Shown piece by piece: positions 1-12,659 of a DNA stretch of 64,000 nucleotides (position 1 is the first letter of the stretch; every line of letters starts with the position of its first letter). The stretch covers positions 89,528,001 to 89,592,000 of the forward strand of contig OX597817.1 of NCBI GenBank assembly GCA_951406725.2, in the 5' to 3' direction. Both the position numbers and the translations under genes were made by a program. The stretch is from Octopus vulgaris (Eukaryota). The notes under the pieces are model-generated. The model saw only the letters and a program-made list of their open reading frames with translations, had not been told where the DNA came from and did not search any database.

Positions 1-449
1 ATTTGAACTCAGAACGCAGCAGCAGACGAAATACCTATTTCTTTACTACCCACGAAGGGCTAAAAACAGAGAGGACAAACAAGGACAGACAAACGGATTA
101 AGTCGCTTATATTGACCACAGTGTGTAACTGGTACTTATTTAATCGACCCCGAAAGGATGAAAGGCAAAGTCGACCTCGGTGGAATTTGAACTCAGAACG
201 TAACGGCAGACGAAATACCTATTTCTTTATTACCCACAAGGGGCTAAACACAGAGGGGACAAACAAGGACAGACATAGGTATTAAGTCGATTACATCGAC
301 CCCAGTGCGTAACTGGTACTTAATTTATCGACCCCGAAAGGATGTAAGGCAAAGTCGACCTCAGCGGAATTTGAGCTCACAACGTAACGCAGACGAAATA
401 CCGCTAAGCATTTCGCCCGGCGTGCTAACGACTGTGCCAGCTTGCCGCC
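1..449 (-). mobile_element. tRNA-derived SINE family A, tandem array (one head plus ~184-bp body units, runs off window start)
   Basis: Minus strand reads GGCGGCAAGCTGGCA (box A-like), GAGTTCAAATTCC (box B), CTTTCATCCTTTCGGGGTCGATAAA..AGTACCAG core; ATTTGAACTCAGAACG-like motif recurs at 1, ~185, ~369. Confidence 0.9.
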
Positions 450-944
450 ATTAGTTACAACAAAATATTAACAACCAGTTTTCATTAAAAACATGCATAT
501 ATAACAACCAGTTTGCGTGAACTGCTGAGTACCGGCTCCAGCTGAACCCTGCTTGTATTTTAATAATAAGATGATAGGCTAGTACCAGGAGATGAATTAT
601 TTCAATGTGAGGAAAAGACACAGATCAATGGTATACTAAGAAAAAATACAATACTCACAGCCTTGGAGTTGAAGTGTGATGATTCAAGTTGCAGAATAGT
701 AGAACAGCAGCTGTTTCATTTCTCTGCAATAGCCAGTAAACCTGTTAATACAGATGAAAATGTCACGTTTTGGCTGCTTTACAACTGTGTGAGAAGTCAT
801 GGGCCACGCACCGCCATAATTACTTCTATATTTTATGCCCCACAATCGAATACATACCGATATTATGAATGGTTCATACTGTATTTGAATAACTAACGTA
901 ACAAAATATACAGAATATTAGTAATCAGTTTTGCGATGATATTG

Positions 945-1508
945 ATTTCAAAATTTTTGCATAAGGCCAGCATGTTTGAAGAAGGGAATGAGTCGATTGC
1001 ATCAACCCCAGCACTCAGCTGGTACTTATTTTATCGACTTCGAAAGGATGAAAGGCAAAGTGTTCTTCGGTGGAATTTGAACTCAGAACGTAAAGACGGA
1101 CGAAATACTTCCTAAGCATTTTTGCCCGGCTTGCTAACGATTCTGCTAGCTCGCCGCCTTCAGTTTTGCCATAATATTGGTTCCAAATTTTGGCGCAAGG
1201 TCAGTAGTTTTGGGGAAAGTGGTAAGTCGATTCTAGTGTTTAACTGGTACTTATTTTATAGACCCCGACAGAATGAAAGGCATAGTCGACCTCGGCGAAA
1301 TTTGAACTCAGAACGTAAAGGCGAATGAAATGCTGCTAAGCATTTCACCCGGCATACTATCGATTCTTATTTCTTTATTACCCACAAGGGGCTAAACATA
1401 GCGGGGACAAACAAGGACAGACAAAGGGATTAAGTCGATTACATCGACCCCGGTGCGTAACTGGTACTTAATTTATTGACCCCGAAAGAATGAAAGGCAA
1501 AGTCGACC
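945..1508 (-). mobile_element. three adjacent/nested SINE A copies
   Basis: Same box B and GAAAGGATGAAAGGCAAAGTCGACC core near 1040, 1270, 1485; the copy at 1367-1508 is 5'-truncated and its tail abuts the head of the next copy. Confidence 0.85.
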
Positions 1509-1576
1509 GATATATGATATAGATGCAGGCGTGGCTGTGTGGTAAAGTAGCTTGCTTGTATATATATATATATATA

Positions 1577-2611
1577 CAACGCCCCACGTCCAGTGGACGG
1601 TGCTGAGTTGTCAAACATTTAAACCAAATTTTCTCAGAACAACTTGTCCGACCGTCCCATAGGTTTCCCCTTTGAGAAACACTGATTTAACCTAAATTTG
1701 AGACACCAGCAAAAGAAGAAATAAAGATAGACTTTTTTTAATTCCAAAGTAAAACAATTTTATTCACACAAATATGCAACGGAAGAGTTTAAAGTACCAT
1801 TAATGATAAGGCTGTTGACTGGGAGAACACAAACATGGTTTAAACAGTAATCTTGGCAGGAAAGAAACATGCCTTTAAGCAGTACAAAAATGGAAGGTGC
1901 AGTTATGTACAGGTTGACGAAAGAAAAGCAGGACAAAAACGATGCATGCAAATGGGTTAGCTGGAGGTAAATCTAGATGGAAAAGCATGATGAATTTATG
2001 AGAACGTACCTGGGAAATAAGTTTATCTGATAAAACATGTAGGAAATCAACTTGGGGCGATTTTTGATAAAAAGCAACAGCCTAGGGAACTAAGTAACTA
2101 ATTTTAAGCTAACTTACTTTACGAGATGTTCAAGGCATGGAAAATCTAGTGGTAAACACAGTCCGACGGAATCAATGGCATGCGGGAAATAAAAACAACA
2201 TCCCCTGCTCCTTTATCCGTGATAACTTTTGCCTCGAGAATGTCATCCAAAAGTTGGATGAGAACCAAACGAGTGCCATTGCGAAGTCGTGGGGTTCCAA
2301 GTTTCGGAGGAGAATAATGGGCCTTCCAACCTTGAGGCAGAGTTTATGGGGTGGCAAACCCGATGATTCTTTTGAATTAAGAAATTGGGCCGGGTACACC
2401 AATGTATCGATCGCAACAGCTGATGTACTTGCGCGTACAAATGCACGTTCCTACGGCTTTATCGATCGCATTCTCACCTGAAATCGATTTATGTGATTTT
2501 TTTCAAGGCTGATACCGTCGGTATCTACATATCAAATTTGAGCGCAATCGGATGGAAGGTGCCCGAGATCCTAGAAGAAACAGACGGACAGAACGGATTT
2601 TATATAACAGA
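1577..2611 (-). mobile_element. non-autonomous Helitron retaining a Pif1-helicase fragment
   Basis: 5' end TCTGTTATATAAAA at 2611; subterminal hairpin CGTCC-ACT-GGACG near 1586-1598; ORF 2172-2402 VYPAQFLNSKESSGLPPHKLCLKVGRPIILLRNL matches the Helitron helicase motif. Confidence 0.75.
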
Positions 2612-2984
2612 TATATATATACATATATATAAATTTTGTACGACTCTCTTATTCTTTCATTATTTCTTTCTTTCCATCAGCCCCTTCACACTTACTTCGT
2701 TCTTTCCACTCTTCTTTCTTTCGTTCCCCCTCTCTCAAATTTCCTGGCTTTCTCATTACTCTCACCTTCCCTCCTCTTTCACTTCACTCTGTCCTATTTC
2801 TTTTTTTCTCGTCCCTCCCTAAGTCTTCTACCCATCTGCCTCTACCTCTCTCCTCTCTCTCCACGTGACCGGTGTTTGGTCAAACCTGACCTTTCTTTCT
2901 TGGTTCGACTACCATCCGTGCAACATCTATATTTCTCCCCATGCCTGTCATCTCGTATGTCCCTGCCGTAAGGCTTCACTTCCA

Positions 2985-3330
2985 CACACGCCAGCTTAAT
3001 TTAATTCGTCCTTGGTTGAAAGACACCTTTTGTTAATGTCCTGTTGCTTGCATTTGTATTTGTGTACCATTTCTCCATTTTTTTCCGTCCTTGTTTTTGT
3101 ATACACATCGCTGCTTTCTTCTAAGGAATCTAATGCGCTTAGCTTAGTTTTTCCTTGGGGCTGGCCAGATTGGAGCAATCTCGAGTATAACCAGCCGAAG
3201 TTGCAAAGATAATCTAGAACTCAACTGTGGAAAGAAAACTCCGAATGACCCGTCCTTGTTTTTTCTTGTACTTTTTTTGTATCATCTATCTGGATGTTTT
3301 GCGTCCTTTCTCATCTTTGTATTCCTTTAC
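2985..3330 (+). mobile_element. T-rich structured repeat (PLE pseudo-LTR-like), same family as 6440-6745
   Basis: AAGGAATCTAATGCGCTT..GGGGCTGGCCA..GGAGCAATCTC..CAGCCGAA shared with the reverse complement of 6500-6640. Confidence 0.6.
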
Positions 3331-3727
3331 CTTTATATATAAAAGAGAAGTTGTGTGTCTGTCTCCTACGATTTAGATTCCTAACTACTCCCACATTTTG
3401 TGGTGCAGTTTAACCAAAACCGGGTATCTTATAGTCGTGATTCATATCGAGCCCTTCTGGGTATTAGCGCGCGTCTATGATGAGTCTACGATTTAAAAAA
3501 AAAATTACCATCATTTTTTTCCATTTTAATGCATTTTTTTCGCTATTATATAAGGGAAATAACTCTCTAAAAATGTCTACGATGAGTCAACGATTTAAAA
3601 AAAAATTTACCATCATTTGTTTACCATTTTTAATGCAATATTTTGCTATTTTTTTACTATAACTCTCTAAAAATGCTTATATAGTTATTTCCCTTACAAA
3701 CCCGAAAAACGCCGGGCGATACTGCTA

Positions 3728-3728
<1 letters not shown>
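3331..3728 (+). mobile_element. non-autonomous Helitron
   Basis: Starts CTTTATATATAAAA; ends CCCG-N8-CGGG hairpin then CTAG|T at 3725-3729; internal ~100-bp tandem duplication 3473-3675. Confidence 0.85.
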
Positions 3729-3781
<53 letters not shown>

Positions 3782-4549
3782 ATAAACACATATGCGTGTA
3801 TGTTTATTTCAAATATATTTGTATAATATTATACGTATGTGCACGCACACATATAAATATACTAATAAATGAATAAATATAATAGACACTGAAACAGTTA
3901 CAATATCGATAGCTTCACTCGAAAAGCAACTGTCGCACTTCGACCATGTATAATTTGCCTACCACCGCTGTGATCATCTCCAGAGTGTGCCGGTTCACAG
4001 GAACAGCTACAACATTCGTTGGAGTGCAATACGACCACATTATCGCTCATATTTCATTGAGTTCAGCACCGCATCTTGGAATATTCTGTATGGTTTCTCA
4101 GCCTAGCGGAAACATAGTCTAACTTGTAGGTCAGTCAGCTATTCGTGTGCCATGGGGATGTTCGATCTCGACTGATCTGAGTAAAACAATAACAACGACG
4201 ACAACAACAGAAGCAGCTACAGTAATAATACTATGAGGCTAACTTATAATTTTTCAAATAAAACACGAGGTCCCTAAAATCGCGAGAACACTGAGCAACT
4301 GTCTAGTATGCCCATACAGTAAAACGAACTTGCTAGGCAGTGTTTGACATAAGACGTTTCAATGCCCACAATAATAAATAGATATATACGTACGCATACA
4401 TACAAAGATACACACATGCGCACTCCAACATTCATATATATATGAAAGGGCGAAGAAAAACATAGATATACTGATAGCGTGACATAAAGAAAGAAATAAA
4501 CAGATACTCATACATACATACATACAGACCGACATACAGAGAGACAGAC

Positions 4550-4636
<87 letters not shown>

Positions 4637-4637
4637 C

Positions 4638-4903
4638 AATGTGGACTCTTCCGTCGTAGGACGACGGATGAGGGTTCCGCGATTTCTTGCTAAACAACCA
4701 CGCAAATGTTTTGTTTATAGTGATCAAATGTTTGTGCTTACATAAACTCACTTCTTCTATCAAATCCGCATTGCCTGTGTAAGTGCGCAAGTGTGCCACG
4801 AGTCAGATGTCAAAATGATCTCTGAGCAACGTGAAACGAAGTGTTTTGCTCAAGAACAACGCACAGCGATCGTAAATGCAATGCATTAACCACTAAGCCA
4901 TGT
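4638..4903 (-). mobile_element. decayed SINE with family D-like head
   Basis: Reverse complement CATGGCTTAGTGGTTAA..GTTGTTCTTGAGCAAAACACTT..TTCACGTTGCTC matches the head of 30228-30571. Confidence 0.6.
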
Positions 4904-5062
4904 GTATATGCATACATACATGCACGTCTGTCTGTCTGTATGCATGTCTGCCTGCAAATGTATGTGTATGTATGTATGCATACATGCATGTGTATGTGTA
5001 TGTATGCATGTATGTATTATGAATGGATGTATGTATATATGAATGTATGTATGTATGTATGA

Positions 5063-5105
<43 letters not shown>

Positions 5106-6069
5106 AATGTATGCATTAATGTATGTATGTATGTATGTATTCATGTATGCATGTATGTATGCAGGTATGAATGTATGTATGCATGCATAAAAGCATGTAG
5201 GTACGAATGCATATATGTATGTATGTTTACATATGTATGTATGTATGTATGGATGGATGTATGTATGTATGTATGCATACATGTATGTATGTATGTATGT
5301 ATGTATGTATGTATGTATTTATGTATGTATATGTGTATGTATGTCTTGAACCGCTGTTAATGGATATTTACCGCAGTGTTAGGTACATTTACTGCAATGT
5401 TAAGGAGCATTTAAATCTCAATTAGAAGGCTAAGTTAGAATGATGGCTTTATTCATAATGGATTAAAGGACTTAACAGGGATCAGAAATCCTCTGAAGAG
5501 ATGAATTGTTTTCTTTGATTAAGATAATTCGACGTATTAAGGTAATTGCTTGAAATTCCGGATTAAATTTCTTTTTTAAGTAGCAACGTTGAATCGATTA
5601 AGACTGTTGATTCATCTCACCTACAGATGTCCCAAATTTGTTTCCCTGTCCCATATTTGTCGTTTACATTTCCTTGAAAATACATCATCCTCCATTATGT
5701 GGCTGGTACTTTGTGAACTCCTGTTTGGAGAGCATAGACACATTTCAAAGAGTACATAAAGTTCATAGTGAAGACAAAATCTAAAAAGTATATCAAATAT
5801 GCATTAAATAAACATTGAATAGAGTACACATACCTTAAACACGTTTTAAGTATACGTAAGCTATAAAATAAACCAACCATGAACATACAATAAACATACT
5901 ATGAATACACAGTATACGATAGGCACAGGCGTGTCTGTAGTAAGAAGCTTGCTTCTCAACCACGTGCATCAGGGTTCAGTCCTACTGCGTGGTATATACT
6001 TAGCCTACGACCGTCTAAAGCCTTGTGCGTAGATTTGTGCGACGGAAACTGAAAGAAGCCCGTTGTTTG

Positions 6070-6122
<53 letters not shown>

Positions 6123-6124
<2 letters not shown>

Positions 6125-6418
6125 AGGCGCAATGGCCCAGTGGTAAGGGCACCGGACTCGCGGTTTCGATTCCCAGAACGGGCGTTGTGAGTGTTTGTTG
6201 AGCGAAAACACCTAAAGCTCCACGAGGCTCCGGCAGGGGGTGGTGGCGATCCCTGCTGTACTCTTTCGCCACAACTTTCTCTCACTCTTTCTTCTGTTGG
6301 CCTGGTCGCTTGGCCAGCGGGGTGGCGTCATTTGACGGCTAAAACAATGCCAAGACGCATTGTGACCAGCGATGTGTAGCAACATCTGATAGCCTGGTCG
6401 GTCACGTGATCACGTGAT
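6123..6418 (+). mobile_element. tRNA-derived SINE family C in (TA)n
   Basis: TGGCCCAGTGG box A, GTTTCGATTCC box B, ends TCACGTGATCACGTGAT; (TA)n on both sides. Confidence 0.8.
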
Positions 6419-6439
6419 ATATATATATATATATATGTA

Positions 6440-6745
6440 AATGTAAAAAAATACAAACTGGGACAAGAACGTGAAACATTTAGAAGACGATACAAAAAAC
6501 ACGGACGGGACATTCGAAGCCTTCAATCTTCAGTCAAGAACCGGATCATCCTCGCAATTTCGGCTGATTAATCTTGAGATTGCTCCGATTTGGCCAGCCC
6601 CAAAGGAAAATCTAAGCCAAGCGCATTAGATTCCTTGGAAGAAAGCCTCGAATGTATATAAAACAAGGACGGAAAACCGGACGATGTTACACGAATAAAA
6701 ATACAAAAACACGTAAAAACAATAATGATAACACGAATAAGAATA
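6440..6745 (-). mobile_element. T-rich structured repeat (PLE pseudo-LTR-like)
   Basis: Homologous to 2985-3330; carries GAAA..CTGAAGA on the minus strand. Confidence 0.6.
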
Positions 6746-7443
6746 ATATATATGTGCGTGTATGTGTCTGTGTTTGTACCCCACCACTGTTTGACAATTT
6801 GTCTTGGTGTGTTTACGCCTCCGTAACTTTGCGATTAGGCAAAAGAATCTACTGGGGTCGATTCATTCGACTAAAAAATTTTCAAGTGGGTGCTCGGCAT
6901 GATTACAGTCCGTTGATTAAAACAAGTAAAAGACACGCACACACACACACACACAAGCACAAGCACATACATATAACGTTGAGTCAAGTGAATTTCTCCC
7001 TCTTTTTTCCCATCCATCAACGTCATAAAATAACTGTATTTGCATTCCTGTTACACCCACAATGAAGCTTTGGAATATTTAAATCCATTAGAGTTCTTCT
7101 GATTTGCGCTGTGCTGTGTTACAGATATTGTTGAATGACGAACCGTCAAAACGGAATAATGCAAATTAGGCCAGCCACTACTGCGTTCGCCTTATATGCG
7201 ACTACGATATATAGCAGTCGACTGATGCTACTTATTGAGGAAGGGATTTCAGGTACATATTTTATGAGGTGTAGTCAACAAAACGCGAAACGTTTCATCG
7301 CGAGTTTCTTTCCACCCACCCCCACACACAGCACATTAATAGTATAGAAAGAATAGGTATACATTCTTGTTGGTTGCACTTAGAGTAAAGTTTTGTAATA
7401 TTTCTATTCTTTCATTTCTTCTAATGGATGCAGTGTTACGCAC

Positions 7444-7492
<49 letters not shown>

Positions 7493-7593
7493 GTGCATTC
7501 TAAATATTATATTTATATAATATTATATGTATGAGTTAACTCACATATGAATATACTGATAAATGCTTAAATATAATGTATCATCTACTATAT

Positions 7594-7989
7594 TATTCTT
7601 TTCTACTCTAGTTACAAGGCCCGAAATTTTGGGGGAAGGGGCCAGTCGATTAGATCGACCCCAGTACGCAATTGGTACTTAATTTATCGACCCCGAAAGG
7701 ATGAAAGGCAAAGTCGACCTTAGCAGAATTTGAACTCAAAAACGTAAAGACAAAATACCTATTTCTTTACTACCCACGAAGGGCTAAACACAGAGGGGAC
7801 GAACAAGGACAATCAAAAGGATTAAGTCGATTATATCGACCCAGTGCGTAACTGGTACTTATTTAATCGACCCCGAAAGGATGAAAGGCAAAGTCGACCT
7901 CGGCGGAATTTGAACTCTGAACGTAGCAACAGACGAAATACTGCTAAGCATTTCGCCCGGCGTGCTACCGTTTCTGCCAGCTCGCCGCC
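7594..7989 (-). mobile_element. SINE A heterodimer (two different tail subtypes)
   Basis: Head at 7989; junction AAAGAAATA|GGTATTTTG near 7760; second unit has the CCCCCAAAATTTCGGGCCTTG tail. Confidence 0.9.
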
Positions 7990-8199
7990 TCATATCTTCA
8001 ATATTATTAACATGCCCTAGACAATGTACCTCAACGTGCTTATATAAAGAAAGGATCATTCAGACCTTTATTTCGATGTTTGTGCTAATAACGCCACAGC
8101 TTTATCCTAATGATTACATATCAAGACAGGTCTTAAAATATCAGTCTATATAGGTGATCAAGACAAGTTATAGGCATCTCATGAAATTAGTCCAGTATA

Positions 8200-9200
8200 T
8201 ATTCAACTGATTTGCACGAGTGGCTTTTGCTGTACGAATGATTTGAAGAAATTAGAAAGATCACCTTAATCACTACTATTTTTGTATTGCTAGAAACAGT
8301 TTTCAATTCTTTTTTAAAGGGAGTCGCGCGACAAACAGGCACAAAATCATTGCCCTTGACTTCTAAATTGGAATCTGCGTGTCGACCTGCATCGCATGAT
8401 GTATCACCGTCTATTTCTATTCCTCCTCAAAATGGGCTCAACTCCACATTATTGAAGGCGAATTAAACACTGATGATATTGCAATTGCAATTGCTGGTGG
8501 CTTTCTGGACAGAAGTAAATTTGAACGATGTTATTAGGGAAATAACAATGTCAAAATATAAAACAGAGCGTCTTGCCTCTCCTTTCAAGTAAAAGCACTT
8601 AAAGAAAATCTGGCATTGAATTACTATAGAAAGTAAAAGTTTGATTCAGCAGTTGATTTCAAAGAGGATGGTTTCTCTGTTATTGTTACCATATTAATGA
8701 AATTTTATCAGATTTATCTTAAAGGAATATTGTAAGTTAATGGCAATTTGTTATAGATTCATCACTATAAAGTTTAAAATCTCAAGCATTATAAAATGGA
8801 AATTTAAAGCCATCTATCCCCATCGCTGATTCAGTGCATTTAAAAGAATCTTATGTTAGCATGGAGGTCATTTTAAATGAAATACAACGATCACCAGTGG
8901 AACCTGTGTGGACATCTTAAAATAAAGGCAGTGTTTATGGGCACACAAGGGGGATTCATCAAACACTGATGCTTCCTTTCTCGACGGCCTTTTATAACGG
9001 AGTATTACGAATGAAAAGCATTACCAACTACGTCTCCGTATATTCCTCTAACAAATAATACTCAACAAGTTCCTATAGCTGATTCGAAGAAGATATTGCA
9101 AGCCAAGCCTAATGTGAAGATGCTTGTTGAGGTCATTTGTAAAAATCATTCAAATGAATTATAATTCCTCTTAAAAATATTTCCCAAATCAAATGTTACA
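8200..9200 (+). pseudogene. Chapaev3-like (CMC) transposase relic
   Basis: Manual translation gives LNDVIREITMSKYKTERLAS, FVIDSSL*SLK..NGNLKPSIPIADSVHLKESY, YNDHQWNLCGHLK..MGTQGGFIKH*CFL, resembling Chapaev3 consensus motifs; many stops and frameshifts. Confidence 0.7.
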
Positions 9201-9224
9201 AATAATAATAATAATATAATAATA

Positions 9225-9271
<47 letters not shown>

Positions 9272-9483
9272 TTTTCAGATTTTGCCAAAAGAGCAGTAAT
9301 TTGGGGAGAGGGGACTATTCGATTACATCAACTCCAGTGTTCAACTGGATCTTATTTTATCGACCCTGAAAGGATGAATGGTAAAATTAACCGCGGAGGA
9401 ATTTGAACTCAGAACGTAAAGACGATCGAAATGCCACTAAGCATTTCCCCCAACGTTCTAACAATTCTTCCAGCTCGTCACCA
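9272..9483 (-). mobile_element. SINE A
   Basis: Core and box B on minus strand, next to (AAT)n. Confidence 0.8.
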
Positions 9484-9545
9484 TTAAAAAAAATTGCCTG
9501 TCGATCTTACAATTCTGCTAATTCGATTTTCGGACAATAATAATA

Positions 9546-9597
<52 letters not shown>

Positions 9598-9857
9598 CAA
9601 CGATGATGAGGGGAAATTTTAGTGTGCTTCTAATCTGAGAGGTATTAGACGATAAAAATATTCTTAGTGCCTGTGACATGCTTTTTTAAATGGATTTAAA
9701 CTTTTTTTTTGCAATGGACCTCAGAAGCTGATGAAGACTTTCAAAGGTAAATGTTCTCATATGTTCCCTTAATTATGTTTCTTCAATTCACCTCTAGATA
9801 TCTTTCCTATAAATGATTAACATGGATGGAGAGATAGAAGCGGGGAGATAGAGACAG

Positions 9858-9909
<52 letters not shown>

Positions 9910-10146
9910 TGAGAGAGAGAGAAAAAAAAAGAGAGAGAGAAAGAAAGACAGAGAGAGACAGAGAGATTTAACTAGGATATTAAATCTAAGGAAGTTCGTT
10001 ATTAAGAATTCTAGAATGAAAGCACTGTTCGGACTGGGAATAGCATAATTTTAATTCAAAGAGGTGACAATCTGTAATTGAGAAATGCAGGTTCCTAAAA
10101 GTGTAAGTACTCCAGAAAATAAGTTTGAATAAAAATACAACTATCG

Positions 10147-10177
<31 letters not shown>

Positions 10178-10287
10178 TGTATGTATGTATGTATGTATGT
10201 ATGTATGTATGTATGTATGTATGTATGTATGTATATATGTATGTATGCATGCATGTATGTATGTATGTATGTATGTATGTATGTATG

Positions 10288-10329
<42 letters not shown>

Positions 10330-10585
10330 CCTAGCACACACACTCTCTCTCTCTCTCACATGTGTGTGTGTGTGTGCATTTGTGTGTGTGTTTGTGAGTG
10401 TCAGACAACAATTGCTACACGTTTCCAAGGTTCCTACTTAGCAGCCTAGCAAGACATCTTTCTATTCGTAATTGGTTGAGTTTGTCCTTTCAGCACCACC
10501 GATTGTGACATGTCGAAGCTTTCTGTTCTGAATAAATTATAAAGCATTTTACACACATACACACACACACACACATACACACACA

Positions 10586-10660
<75 letters not shown>

Positions 10661-11065
10661 ACACACCGGTTTGCAAGCACACGCATTTTATCGTCAGTAG
10701 TTTTGAATATTTCATCGTCTGCAACTTCCAATATTTTCATTGTCTGAAAAATATAAAAATTTTACCCTCTCTAAGATTGTGTAATTTATTGTTTGCAATA
10801 TGGCACATTTTTAACCATTTCAACGTTGTCTATTTTTTTAAAATCATTTTTTAAAACATAATATATGTTATCTATGACAGGTATAATAAATCAATACCAA
10901 AAATGCATATCTTATCATATCTGTGCTTAAGTTTATATGTATGTATGTATGTATGTGTATATATGTATATATATGTATGTATTTATATATACGTATATAT
11001 GTATGAATGTATGTATGTATGTATGTATGTATGTATGTATATATATATATATGTGTGTGTGTGTG

Positions 11066-11112
<47 letters not shown>

Positions 11113-12124
11113 TATATATATATATATATATACACTGCATTTTTATTATATATGGTTTGCAATATATTTTATCACCTCAATATCATGGGTATATATTATC
11201 ACACGATATCTTCTATGACATAGTATATTTATCAACTGCAAAAATTCTAATATTTTGTTAACTGCAAAATTTTGAATATTTTATCGGCTGTGGTGTAAAT
11301 GATGTAAGATCTTTATATTCTGAAAAATCGAATTTATTTTTTTTTTATTTTACCTCCTGCAAAAATGAACGAAATGTTTAGATAAAGAAAAAACATTTTT
11401 TTTCCTCTCCTGCTTGTAATTTATTTCTCGTCGCCATTTTTCTTTCCAGAATTTTTTTTCTGTTCTGTCATAGTAGGAGCTGAAATGAAATGTAACACAA
11501 AATTTGAAGCTATTTTACATTTTAAACTCCAAGAAACTCATCCACTGGAATATCCAAACGAAACAGTTTAATCTTTATTCTATTTTCTCTTCGTTTTTTT
11601 TCATTAATAGACTGACCTAGTTGTACAGTACCTGAGTAATCACTCATTCTGCCTTGAAATCATTGCCATTTGGCCATGTTTAAAGCGACATACAGACAGA
11701 CACTGCGCCAATCCATTTGTAAATCTGTAAACAGGGAAACAACCAAATCGATAGAGCTAGAACTGGGTCAGTGTTCGTTTAGTTGCATCAGTGAGTTCGT
11801 ATAACAGACAATTTTTTTTTATCTGATGTGTTTGGCAGTATGACGAATACGGCAGTATGACGAATAAGGAGGATTGAATGCGTAACAAAAGCAGGTATAT
11901 TCTATGGATGTATATTTTTACTAACCCATTATTTAATACAGTCAACGGAAGAGGATATATTCTGATGGCCGTTGTACAGAAACAGAAGTTTCATCACGCT
12001 TCGTTCTGGTCATACAAATTTGCACACCGCACACACAAACACGCACACACATACGCACACACATACACACACACACACAAACACGCACAAACATACACAA
12101 ACGCACGCACACAAACACACGCCG

Positions 12125-12161
<37 letters not shown>

Positions 12162-12659
12162 ACACATACAAATACAATCACACACACATGTACACACATA
12201 TATACTCACATTCACTCATCTCTGTGTATGTTAGGTATCATAGTAAAAGTTTCAGATTTTTCAATCCCCAAGGTTATATTTGAGAAGTATTATTATTCGA
12301 TCGCTGATATTGAAAAATGAATACCAGAATAACAAATAACAATGTTGTTTAAATATTATTCAGTTTAAATAGGCGGGTTAAGCTTAATTTAACAGATACT
12401 ATATATTGATTTCTTGGTCACAAGGTGTTGTTGATTGAGAGGAGGAGAGAGATAGTGTGGGGCTCCTTACAGAACGGAAAAGATGGATTAACAGAAATGC
12501 TGGAAAATCTGACTGAATGGTATAGAATATTTACTAACATCTCTTTGTTTTCTGAGTTCAAATTCCACCCGAGTTCACATTGCTTTCTTCCCTGTAATGC
12601 TATAAAGTTCAAGCAGTCTTTCTGCGTAAAAAGTTTGTTTTAAGTGTATTCATATAATA

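Larger units (their letters stand above)
5922..6933 (+). mobile_element. CORE-type SINE family B split at its internal (TA)n by two nested insertions
   Basis: Head GGCACAGGCGTG..GGTTCAGTCC..GACGGAAACTGAAAGAAGCCCGT (5922-6063); tail TTTGTACCCCACC..AAACAAGTAAAAGA (6770-6933). Confidence 0.85.

Noticed and set aside
1-449. CRISPR-like regular repeats
   Set aside because: Units are ~184-bp SINE bodies with homologous, not unique, spacers; eukaryotic context; no cas genes
663-896. 77-aa ORF
   Set aside because: TTG start, no recognisable motif, lies between repeats
4648-4674. Hairpin CTCTTCCGTCGT/ACGACGGATGAG as an ncRNA
   Set aside because: Lies at the probable 3' tail of a decayed SINE; no further structure
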